Below the pieces are notes generated by a model. The model saw only the letters and a list, made by a program, of their open reading frames with translations, made no database searches and was not told where the DNA came from. A stretch of 64,000 nucleotides of DNA from a virus, in the IMG/VR virus record IMGVR_UViG_3300042691_025267, positions 16,387-80,386 of that record. One strand, given 5' to 3'. The position numbers were made by a program, and so were the translations under genes. This document shows positions 18,885 to 27,695 of the stretch, piece by piece. The stretch's first letter is position 1. Each line of letters opens with the position of its first letter.

Positions 18885-21800
18885 CTATTGAGATTGTGCG
18901 CGATATAATCCACTAACCACTGCCGAATCACTTGCATTTACTAGAACCTTTCCTACCTTGGCACCGTCCATGTGAATTTGAATACCTTGTAGTGCGGTAA
19001 TAAAGTTATTCAATTTTTGTTCCATGCCACTAGTATCCACCGTCACTGGTTTTTGTTCAGTTTCTCGTGGTTCCTGTTGTTGCTGCTGTCCACCTGCCAT
19101 CGTTCCAAGATCTACTGATGGTGATGATATGCCTGGTCCCGATGGCGTTGCTTGAGGTTTCTTCTTACCGAATAGTCCACCCGCCAATTTACCGAGCTTA
19201 GATCCAACCAATGAACCAATTGCAGTTCCTACGCCTGGTATTGGGATTGCCGTTCCGATTGCTCCGCCGAGTGCCTTTCCAATACCACCTTTGGCAAGTG
19301 ATCCTAACGCACCTTTTACCCCACCTTGCTTAAAGGCAGAGAATGCGTTCATTGCCCCAGAAAGTCCTGGAACCTTTTTACCAAGCATGCCTAGTCCTTG
19401 GGTTAATAATGAACTCTTGACTCCACCAACGCCACCTTCTTTAAAGGCACCCATTGCTCCAGAAAGTCCGGGAACCTTTCCACCTAAGAAGCCCAATCCT
19501 GTATTCAATAAACTAGATTTCAATCCGCCGACGCCACCTTCTTTAAAGGCGCCAATTGAACCAGATAAAGAAGAGAATCTATTTCCTAACAATCCCAATC
19601 CAGTATTCAACGCGTTAGATTTTATTCCACCAACTCCACCTTGTTTGTACGTATCATACATGTTAGTTGCTTGTGGCATATACTTCGCAAAGCCTGGCAC
19701 TCTACTACCGGCAAGTCCCATTCCTTTGGACATCAAATTGGATTTCAGACTACCTACCAATCCACCATCACGCATTTTAACACCGACGCCCGCAGCAAAG
19801 TTTTTTGACCATTCACTTGGTTGTTTCCGTGGCATTGCTTTCCCACGTTCACGACTATTCTTTACCCATTCTGGTTCTGCTTTCCCAACATCATATCCAG
19901 TATAAAACAATGGGTTTTTTCCTTTATTCCACGACATTTGTGATTGTTCTTTGTAAGTATCATAGGTTTCTGATAATCCCAGTCCAATAATAAATGCTTC
20001 TGCTCCTGCAACATTAACCGCACGTGAAATGAGGGATTCTGCTCCATCCATGCCAACCGTCTCAGCTATTGCTTTCCATTGACCTTTTAAGATTTGTTGG
20101 ATTAAGGCAAAGTTTTTCAGTTTTCCCGTCACGCCTTCAACTTTATCAAGTGTTTGTGCATACCGAGTTATATCTTTTAGAACTGCGGCAATAGAACCTA
20201 CCGTTGATGCAGAGTCAAGTGCAGCACTTCCAGTTTTATTTAAACTATCTAATTTATCCACACCAATAGAAGAAACTGCTTTTGCGTTTAATACATATTC
20301 ACCATTAGACAACATTGCAGGAATACTATCACTAGTTGGAGTTCCCGGTCCTGTAACTTTTCCACCTTCTGCAAATCCCGTCGCTGAGACTTTAGGTTTA
20401 TTTGTTGGGATTTGAGTAGAAGGTTGTACTGGTTGAAATAAATTACCTCTGTATGTTCCTGGCAGAATATTGCCGTATGTATTGTTGAGATACTGTATGT
20501 TGCTCGCCGTAATAGCATCCTCTTGAGCTTTTCTTATGTTTTCTTGACTAATCTGTGCCGCACGCATAGCAGGTAAGTTACGCATCTGTACTGCTTTATT
20601 TTCTTTATCTTTTGCATAACCGACATCACTTTCGGTAAATACATTTGTGTTTGTTTCTGCCGAATATCTAGCTCCTTGTACTTTACCTGCCTTAATCTGT
20701 TCTTGCACCTTACTATTATTTTCAGAAAGCCAAGTTTGTGTCAGTTTTTCAATTACAGTCTTATCTACACCAGCTTGACGTAAAACATCTCGTGCTTCGT
20801 ATCCTTTATTTTGAGAAAATAGTTGCCTTGCTTGATTTTCTGCTTTAATTTTATCCCCAATAAATGGTATTTCAGCAGCAATACGTAGAATTAGTTCGGA
20901 TAACGCACCAAACCCAGTCGTGATGGCAGCAATAAGTGCTATCGTACCTCCAGGACCCTCTAAAAACTTCATCAGATCGCCAGCAGGCCCCATTGCTTTC
21001 AATAGACTATCTAACAAAGAATTACCTTTTTCTGCTTCAGTTAATTCTGGAGATTTTGTTGGTTTTGGTGCGGCAAGTTTTTGTAATTCACTGATACTCA
21101 TACCCATGAATCGTTCTAATGCAATTCTGGTAGGTCGGTCAAGGTCCGTAATGTCCTTGCCTAGAGTTTGAAGTTGTCTATTAAGTTCATTATATAGATC
21201 GGCATCACTTCCTGTTACCGAAACTTCCATCAGTCTATTTGCGTCAATGTTCATTCCCATTGCGCCCAATTCAGCAGATCCCTCTAAGAATCCTTCATAA
21301 TTGTCAATAATACTATCACCAAATTGACTTACTTTATTTAAATCAACACCCATTCGTTTTGCATCAGCAGCGGCGCGTGCAAACGAATCAGCAAATCGTG
21401 ATCCATTTCGTGCCATCAATTCTGAATATTTTCCGATTGCCTCCATTGCAACTTTTGGAGTCATACCTGCTTTACTAAACTGTGTTAAAAATTTATTTTG
21501 AAGAACCCCTGCTTTGTTAAGATCACCGAGCGCTTGTGTGGCAAATACTCGACGTGCTTTTACGATAGCATCAGTAGATAATCCTCTTTCTGCTGCAAGA
21601 TTTGCCACACTTTTCATTGCACCTTCGTCTAATACGCCAAACTCTTCTTGCACAGATTTTAATGCATCTTCTCTAGTTTTTTGATCTACATAAATTTTTG
21701 CTTTTTCTACCAATGGGCCACGATCTGCGGTGAGTCTTTCGGCTAACCCCTTAAATTCTGTCATTGCGCCAGAGAATACATCCCCAACCGATCCTTGTCC

Positions 21801-22658
21801 AAATGCAGCACTTGTTAAACCACGACCAGCATTAAATAACGTTGAAAATGTGTCTCCAATGAGATCACCGAGTCCTGTAAAATCTAATGACTCAAAAGTT
21901 TCTTTCATCCCTACAAATGAATCTTTCAGCATCCGTGCTTGTAACTCGGCTGCTTGAGTCATTGAAAGACCAAAGTCTTGTTGTGTTTTCTTAATAGAAT
22001 TAACAAAATCTATTGCCGCACTTGCCGCCTTACCTAATCCAATAGCAAGTAGACTTAATCCTCCGACAACCAGACCAAGCGCTGCCGCAGCGCTTGCAAG
22101 TGTTGCGCCTCCTGCCATCTTGGCAATGTTACCAGCCACTGCCAATCTACTTGGTGCCGGTCCCGCCGAGGTTAATGCTTCCGATGCTTTTTGTTCTGTA
22201 GAAGATGATTTTTCGTATTTCTGTGATGCTTTTTCTGCTTTACTCTTTAAATCTTTACGTTGCGCATACAAGTCACGAAATTTGATTTCTTCAGTAATTG
22301 ATGCCAGTGCTCCGCCCGATGCTGCTCGTTTCCGTGTCAAGGTCACATATTCATCATATTGACGAGCACGGAGTTGCATTTCTCTACGATCAATATCAGC
22401 TTTTCGTTTAGCAGTAGCTAAACTTGCCTGCAACATAGTATTTTCTTGTCGTTTTAATTGAGCAGTTTTTAATTCTTCAACTATACTGTTTTTAAATTCA
22501 ACAACACGGGCTCTAAATGTTTTGTTTTGCTCTTTAAGATGTTTAACCTGTTCCGTGTGCGCAGAAATTAAACTACGAGTTTCCTCTTGTAGTTTTTTAT
22601 ATAATTTAGCTTGATCGGCCGCTTCTTTTTTAAGTTGGTCTACACTAGGATCTGCCAT
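18885..22658 (-). CDS. Tape-measure-like protein
   Basis: 1257 aa, Ala/Gly-rich and helical, hydrophobic segments, motif FAEGGKVTGPGTPTSDSIPAMLSNGEYVLNAKAV, C-terminal IHMDGAKVG. Confidence 0.8.
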   Translation of the reverse strand: MADPSVDQLKKEAADQAKLYKKLQEETRSLISAHTEQVKHLKEQNKTFRARVVEFKNSIVEELKTAQLKRQENTMLQASLATAKRKADIDRREMQLRARQYDEYVTLTRKRAASGGALASITEEIKFRDLYAQRKDLKSKAEKASQKYEKSSSTEQKASEALTSAGPAPSRLAVAGNIAKMAGGATLASAAAALGLVVGGLSLLAIGLGKAASAAIDFVNSIKKTQQDFGLSMTQAAELQARMLKDSFVGMKETFESLDFTGLGDLIGDTFSTLFNAGRGLTSAAFGQGSVGDVFSGAMTEFKGLAERLTADRGPLVEKAKIYVDQKTREDALKSVQEEFGVLDEGAMKSVANLAAERGLSTDAIVKARRVFATQALGDLNKAGVLQNKFLTQFSKAGMTPKVAMEAIGKYSELMARNGSRFADSFARAAADAKRMGVDLNKVSQFGDSIIDNYEGFLEGSAELGAMGMNIDANRLMEVSVTGSDADLYNELNRQLQTLGKDITDLDRPTRIALERFMGMSISELQKLAAPKPTKSPELTEAEKGNSLLDSLLKAMGPAGDLMKFLEGPGGTIALIAAITTGFGALSELILRIAAEIPFIGDKIKAENQARQLFSQNKGYEARDVLRQAGVDKTVIEKLTQTWLSENNSKVQEQIKAGKVQGARYSAETNTNVFTESDVGYAKDKENKAVQMRNLPAMRAAQISQENIRKAQEDAITASNIQYLNNTYGNILPGTYRGNLFQPVQPSTQIPTNKPKVSATGFAEGGKVTGPGTPTSDSIPAMLSNGEYVLNAKAVSSIGVDKLDSLNKTGSAALDSASTVGSIAAVLKDITRYAQTLDKVEGVTGKLKNFALIQQILKGQWKAIAETVGMDGAESLISRAVNVAGAEAFIIGLGLSETYDTYKEQSQMSWNKGKNPLFYTGYDVGKAEPEWVKNSRERGKAMPRKQPSEWSKNFAAGVGVKMRDGGLVGSLKSNLMSKGMGLAGSRVPGFAKYMPQATNMYDTYKQGGVGGIKSNALNTGLGLLGNRFSSLSGSIGAFKEGGVGGLKSSLLNTGLGFLGGKVPGLSGAMGAFKEGGVGGVKSSLLTQGLGMLGKKVPGLSGAMNAFSAFKQGGVKGALGSLAKGGIGKALGGAIGTAIPIPGVGTAIGSLVGSKLGKLAGGLFGKKKPQATPSGPGISSPSVDLGTMAGGQQQQQEPRETEQKPVTVDTSGMEQKLNNFITALQGIQIHMDGAKVGKVLVNASDSAVVSGLYRAQSQ
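19290..19770 (-). repeat. About 34-aa (102-bp) imperfect Gly-rich repeats in the tape-measure C-terminus
   Basis: GGVGGLKSSLLNTGLGFLGGKVPGLSGAMGAFKE-like unit, three clear copies plus degenerate flanks; boundaries approximate. Confidence 0.8.
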
Positions 22659-22661
22659 ATA

Positions 22662-23033
22662 TTACTCAAACAGGGCGTGATATGCTACCGCCAACAATAG
22701 TTGTATATTACCACTTGGTACTGTTCCTAATGGATACCCCGATACGCCTGTTCCTTTAAATACACGAGTGCCACTAATACGTGCAATCGGCATACCACTT
22801 ACTGCATTTCCTTTAAATACCAAGTCTCCCACAAGCGTTACCAGTGGGCTACCAGATGGAGACATTCCTTTAAACAGTTTGTTTCCAGATACCGTGTATA
22901 CTGCAGCGCCCGATACACCGGACCCACCATATACTCTAGAATCTCCCACGATAGTTAACGTGGGAGATCCAGAGACAGATGATCCTTTATAAGCTCTATC
23001 AGTATTTTCCAACAAGTATCGCAATCGTATCAT
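22662..23033 (-). CDS. Small beta-repeat protein
   Basis: Five ~19-aa repeats (e.g. RVFKGTGVSGYPLGTV) followed by a hydrophobic C-terminal helix. Confidence 0.75.
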   Translation of the reverse strand: MIRLRYLLENTDRAYKGSSVSGSPTLTIVGDSRVYGGSGVSGAAVYTVSGNKLFKGMSPSGSPLVTLVGDLVFKGNAVSGMPIARISGTRVFKGTGVSGYPLGTVPSGNIQLLLAVAYHALFE

Positions 23034-23221
23034 CGTCGTTTACTCGCTTTCTCTATTTGTTTAGATTCTTCTTCTTTCAGTTTACCAAATTCTCTAATCA
23101 TAAAGTTTCGCATGTAAACCGGCATTTGGTATAAATCCATCACACTAAACGCACCTTTTGAGTAATGAGCAACCGTCATTATGATTTTTAACGTTTCAGC
23201 TTTATACTCTTGAGTCAGGCC
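23030..23221 (-). CDS. Probable frameshift extension of the upstream gene (tail-chaperone GT-like), or a small protein from ATG 23179
   Basis: Frame is open through the T7 run; ...MDLYQMPVYMRNFMIREF...; no SD seen before ATG 23179. Confidence 0.55.
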   Translation of the reverse strand, partial: GLTQEYKAETLKIIMTVAHYSKGAFSVMDLYQMPVYMRNFMIREFGKLKEEESKQIEKASKRR

Positions 23222-23966
23222 AAAAAAAGTTGGTGCCGAGCGGCAACCTCGTCTCTTCTGAAGTACCACACACACAGTCTAATGTAATCTTAAAATTAAT
23301 ATCTGGGATAATGTTTCTGTATGTTTCCCGAAGATACCGTGCATCTCGTACTAACATATTGTCCACAAAACTCCAGATCGTAGACTTTGATGTATCTCCA
23401 TTCACCGACAAAATCATATGCTTTAATCGTGTAGTTGCGTCTGCTTCCACATCTGAGTTGATTTTTTTCAGTGACTTAACTTCTTTTTCTATTGCTAATT
23501 CATCACCACGAGTCAGTAACTTAAGAACAATTTCGGCCTTTGATAACGGAAGTACAATTTTAAAATCTGGCTTAGTTCCCACTTGTGGTTCATTTTGGGT
23601 ACTAAGTTCTGCCAAGTTTACCGTTTGATCTACCTGCTTTCCACAGGACGGACATTCCAGCGATACTTCATAGTCTTTACCATATCCTAAAATACGTGAG
23701 GCAACCATGACAGCATTTAAATCACCCACCAATAAATCGGTAGTCTTTACTCCTTTTGTGGCAATGATAGCGTCCATAAATCTATCTAACACAATTCCCT
23801 TTTGAATCAAGTTCGGTGATGTTAAGATATCTTCGTGCTTTGCTGTCATGTAATGTAATTCAATTTGACCACTACGTAACGGACTTCCCTCTGGATAAAA
23901 TAGTCCCTTAGATGGGAGATCAATGGTTTCCGTGGGAAATGTTGTTGTAACTGATTGTTGTTCCAT
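23202..23966 (-). CDS. Baseplate hub assembly / tail assembly chaperone (gp26-like)
   Basis: IDLPSKG-FYP, MTAKHEDIL, CPSC...CVC zinc motif, ends NFFWP. Confidence 0.8.
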   Translation of the reverse strand: MEQQSVTTTFPTETIDLPSKGLFYPEGSPLRSGQIELHYMTAKHEDILTSPNLIQKGIVLDRFMDAIIATKGVKTTDLLVGDLNAVMVASRILGYGKDYEVSLECPSCGKQVDQTVNLAELSTQNEPQVGTKPDFKIVLPLSKAEIVLKLLTRGDELAIEKEVKSLKKINSDVEADATTRLKHMILSVNGDTSKSTIWSFVDNMLVRDARYLRETYRNIIPDINFKITLDCVCGTSEETRLPLGTNFFWPDSRV

Positions 23967-24001
23967 AAAACCCTCTTGTTAAAGTTATACCCTAATAAAT
24001 A

Positions 24002-25885
24002 TCATTCGTCTACAGTTTCTATATCAAAACGTTCGTTATAATCTGTACTTAATCGTCTGACAAACTCTTTAAAATAGGACTTTTGCTTCTCTGGCGTGAC
24101 CAATGCTCCATCCACAATAATGTCCGCAACTTCCTGTTTCTCTTTCAGAATATCCCGCATATATTCGTCCATTGTATTATCGCACACCATATAATAGACT
24201 TGGACTTGGGCAGTTTGACCTATACGATGGGTACGATCTTCTGCTTGTTCATGGTTTGCTGGCACGTAGTCCATATTAAGAAAGACCACGGTATCAATTT
24301 TATGTTGGAGTCCGTCAATACCCATACCTGCTGCTAGGAGACTGAACAGTCCGACTTTTGCTTTCCCCGATACCAACTTATCAATCGTTTCTTGACGTTC
24401 GTTACGGTTCATCTCACCCGTCAATATTGCCGCTTGATCCCCATAATGTTCTAATAATAATTTAAGTGGGGCAATATAGTTACTGAAGATCAGAATCGGT
24501 TTGTCGTTATCCAAGAATTCATCCACCATTTCCAGTAACCGTGGGAGTTTCTTTTCAATCAAGAATCCCTGCAACTTCGGCATATGCTTAACAGACGGTT
24601 TCCCATCCGATTTCCATTTTCCGAAGAGTTCTTTTAGTAATTGATTATATTCTTTCCGTTCGTCTTTGGTGAGTTCCACATAGAGATCGTTTCGTTGCTT
24701 AGCGGGTAACTCGGTGAGCACTTGATCTTTCTTTCTGCGAATTACGAGGTCTTTCGTACGATCATGAAGGTCTTGCAAGTTCATGGGTGCCGCACCTTTC
24801 CATCCCCCATATCGTTGTGTAAAATGAAAGAAGTTATTGAACCTGTCTTTGTCCAAGAAGTTCAACAAACTAAATGCTTCTATGGGACGAGACATGACCG
24901 GCGTTCCCGTCAAAAAAATGGTATACTTGGTTTTCACGCCGGGATACTTTCGTCGTTCTTTCCACGATCCCAAGATAGACTTTGCCCGAATAGTTTGACG
25001 GTTCTTCAAATACGTTGCTTCATCACATACTAATAAATCAAATCCTTGGTCACGTAACCAGTGATTGTTCTTGGCTACTGCATCGTAATGCGTGATGTGA
25101 AATTGGTGTTTGAGATGACCATCATATGTTTTACTATCCCAAATGGTACTGTCCTTTCCCGTAAACTTTTTAATTTCACGTTGCCAGTTCACCACCACAG
25201 ACAATGGACAGACAATAATGGTTTTGAGATTATGTAATTGTGCGTACGCAATAGCTTGTACCGTTTTACCCAATCCCGGTGCATCGGCAATGAGGCATCG
25301 ACCACCTGCTCTATCCACAAATTGTACGCCGACTTTCTGATAGGGGTATAGATTTAGTTTTAAGCCGGGTACAGTGAAGTCCGTATCCTCTAATTGACGA
25401 ATTTCATCAAGGTCTTCCCGACGTTCTTGTAATTTTGTTAATAACTTTTCCGCAGATGATGACAGTGTACTTTGCGGGAAAAGTTTCTTCACTTTCGGTA
25501 GATGGACTGCGGGAAACTCCCATCGCTTCTCATCCCCATTCCATTTCCGCCCGTCAATTTCATATTTGAACTGTTCCACTAACAGCTTATTATATGGCAT
25601 GACAAGATAGGCCGTTTTGGAATCCTTTAAGTGAATTTCAATCGGACCTACCTTTTCTTCTTTTTGTTCTTGCGGTTTTTCTGAGAGTTTTGTTCGTGGG
25701 AGGGATAGATCACTCACATCATCCCCGACTAAGGCACGTTTTGCTGCTTCTACCCACACCTCGGGCAATCCAGGAGTCGTACTAATCCATTGGAGATATT
25801 GTGGTGCGGTACGTCTAACATTCCCTAACGTAGTTCCCTTATATTTTCCCCACGTAAAAATGACTTCATCCAGTGACGGGTGCAT
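24002..25885 (-). CDS. SNF2-family (HARP/SMARCAL1-like) helicase with N-terminal WGKYKG module
   Basis: LYPYQ, ADAPGLGKT, CDEA, LTGTP, QAEDRTHRIGQ; N-terminal TWGKYKG...PQYLQW. Confidence 0.9.
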   Translation of the reverse strand: MHPSLDEVIFTWGKYKGTTLGNVRRTAPQYLQWISTTPGLPEVWVEAAKRALVGDDVSDLSLPRTKLSEKPQEQKEEKVGPIEIHLKDSKTAYLVMPYNKLLVEQFKYEIDGRKWNGDEKRWEFPAVHLPKVKKLFPQSTLSSSAEKLLTKLQERREDLDEIRQLEDTDFTVPGLKLNLYPYQKVGVQFVDRAGGRCLIADAPGLGKTVQAIAYAQLHNLKTIIVCPLSVVVNWQREIKKFTGKDSTIWDSKTYDGHLKHQFHITHYDAVAKNNHWLRDQGFDLLVCDEATYLKNRQTIRAKSILGSWKERRKYPGVKTKYTIFLTGTPVMSRPIEAFSLLNFLDKDRFNNFFHFTQRYGGWKGAAPMNLQDLHDRTKDLVIRRKKDQVLTELPAKQRNDLYVELTKDERKEYNQLLKELFGKWKSDGKPSVKHMPKLQGFLIEKKLPRLLEMVDEFLDNDKPILIFSNYIAPLKLLLEHYGDQAAILTGEMNRNERQETIDKLVSGKAKVGLFSLLAAGMGIDGLQHKIDTVVFLNMDYVPANHEQAEDRTHRIGQTAQVQVYYMVCDNTMDEYMRDILKEKQEVADIIVDGALVTPEKQKSYFKEFVRRLSTDYNERFDIETVDE

Positions 25886-26105
25886 TCTCTTCTGGAGTTT
25901 CTTCTATACGGACGTAGACCATATTTTCCATGTCTAACCGCCATCCGTTCTTGGGGTCAATTTGTAATATTTGCATCATTTGTATATTTGCTTCTTGAAT
26001 TTCGGTCATCAATTGTGTCTGATAACTCTTTAATAGTGCATTATTTGACTTGATTAGATTTTGTAACGCAAGTGGAACATCTACCGTAACTTGTTTAGTG
26101 CTCAT
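25866..26105 (-). CDS. Hypothetical protein
   Basis: 79 aa with GGAGG SD; overlaps both neighbours. Confidence 0.7.
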   Translation of the reverse strand: MSTKQVTVDVPLALQNLIKSNNALLKSYQTQLMTEIQEANIQMMQILQIDPKNGWRLDMENMVYVRIEETPEENAPVTG

Positions 26106-26754
26106 GTATACCTCCTAAAAACATCTGTTTAATTTCTATTGCATTTTTTTCTGGGAACTGTTGTACCAATTTAGCCAGTTGTCCCGATACTCGTGCTGCT
26201 GCCAACGAAGTACCAGACGCTATCTGTGTTTCTCCGTCTAGTGTTGTAACTTCTACGTCAATCCCCAAGGCAATCACATCAACTTCTGGTCCAAAATTAC
26301 TTCCCCGACCTTCTTCCCATGACATGACTTGATTATACATATCACATGCACCAACGCCAATTACTTCATTCATATTCACGGGAGAAAATTCAGAGGCTGG
26401 TCGCATTTCGTTTCCTGCTGCTGCAACTACAATAAACTTTGTAGGATCCAACTCTCGTATCTTATCGTCAATAATATGATGGCGTGGAACTGCCCATGCG
26501 CAGGTGACGATATTGACAGGTTCCGTTGCATCGTGTTGTATTGCGGTAAATGCTTCCATCATCTGTCCAAATGTACCCACTGAACCCAATCCAATTTTTA
26601 CATTCTTTAGTAGAACGTTGGGGTTAGTTCGTCTAATGACACTTGCTACTCCTGTGCCATGTCCATCTAGATCGTCAAACGTTCCATCATAGGTGTATAC
26701 GTTTATCCCGTTTGGTATTCCACTGTCTACTACGTAAATTGTTACACTTCCCAT
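26095..26754 (-). CDS. Minimal S8 subtilisin-like protease
   Basis: VVDSG, GHGT, AAAGN, SGTSLAA; no prodomain or signal peptide. Confidence 0.88.
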   Translation of the reverse strand: MGSVTIYVVDSGIPNGINVYTYDGTFDDLDGHGTGVASVIRRTNPNVLLKNVKIGLGSVGTFGQMMEAFTAIQHDATEPVNIVTCAWAVPRHHIIDDKIRELDPTKFIVVAAAGNEMRPASEFSPVNMNEVIGVGACDMYNQVMSWEEGRGSNFGPEVDVIALGIDVEVTTLDGETQIASGTSLAAARVSGQLAKLVQQFPEKNAIEIKQMFLGGIHEH

Positions 26755-26978
26755 TTACCTTTTGGACATGCACTTGGTCCTTTTGGACTATATACTTTTT
26801 TTGACAATGGACATCCACATGCACCACAGATATGCGTCCGTATTAACATTTTAAACTCTTTGAACTCACACGCATCGCAAACTTCTGCTCTACGTTCAGC
26901 AGTTTCTTTTTGTTCAATAGTTGGATTACTGGCACGATGCCATGCAGTGATAATTTCTCGTATATCAGGAATATTCAT
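26742..26978 (-). CDS. Small Cys-rich (probably metal-binding) protein, DUF6171-like
   Basis: R...CDACE...CGACGC...K...CPKGKW. Confidence 0.7.
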   Translation of the reverse strand: MNIPDIREIITAWHRASNPTIEQKETAERRAEVCDACEFKEFKMLIRTHICGACGCPLSKKVYSPKGPSACPKGKWEV

Positions 26979-27694
26979 ATTGGAAATTCATAATTAAAAT
27001 ATACAAAATCGTCGTGAAACAAATATTTCACCAAGTTCTTAAATTTTTCTGAGTTAATATCTATATTAATTTTTATTTTTTCCTTGGGTGTGATATTTTC
27101 TTGTTTAATTACAGATGTGTCATATCCCAACGTGACTTCTATCCAATCATTAAATTCGTTTATATTTTCATATCTAAATATTTTAACCTTTGGTTTGTAC
27201 GCCCATTCTACTTGAGTTGTAAAAAATGAGGACACAAACCCCGGTCCGTCTGCATCAAAAATTAACTGTAAATTATTTATATATTTTGGTACACAATTTT
27301 TATAAAACGAGTCATAACAAAAATCGTAAAAAAACTTTTCCGATTGAAATATGTCTATAAAGTTAAATCCCTTCGTCCTTGGATCAGTTTCTTCAATTTT
27401 AATTCTTTGTTTTGAATCGACATCAAACTGATATGTGGTTTTATATACGTTTCCTTGTAAATACGAATCACGTTTAAACTTCATGAAATATAGTGCTGAA
27501 ATAAATCTTTTATACGGATTTCTTATTACGGTAAACGCCGGAATATCTATGTGTTCTTTAGTATATGGATCGTGTGTATGTAAAAAGTTTTCACCGATCT
27601 CTGGGAAAAATAACTTCGTATATGCAATGGTTCCTGTTTTTGGTATTTTTATATAAAAAAACTTATTATTATTAATTCTTGAAGTAACTATCAT
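26975..27694 (-). CDS. Sulfotransferase family 2 protein
   Basis: 5'-PSB IKIPKTGT, 3'-PB RNPYKRFIS, FRYEN, DDFVYFNY. Start moved to ATG 27694. Confidence 0.8.
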   Translation of the reverse strand: MIVTSRINNNKFFYIKIPKTGTIAYTKLFFPEIGENFLHTHDPYTKEHIDIPAFTVIRNPYKRFISALYFMKFKRDSYLQGNVYKTTYQFDVDSKQRIKIEETDPRTKGFNFIDIFQSEKFFYDFCYDSFYKNCVPKYINNLQLIFDADGPGFVSSFFTTQVEWAYKPKVKIFRYENINEFNDWIEVTLGYDTSVIKQENITPKEKIKINIDINSEKFKNLVKYLFHDDFVYFNYEFPI

Positions 27695-27695
27695 A

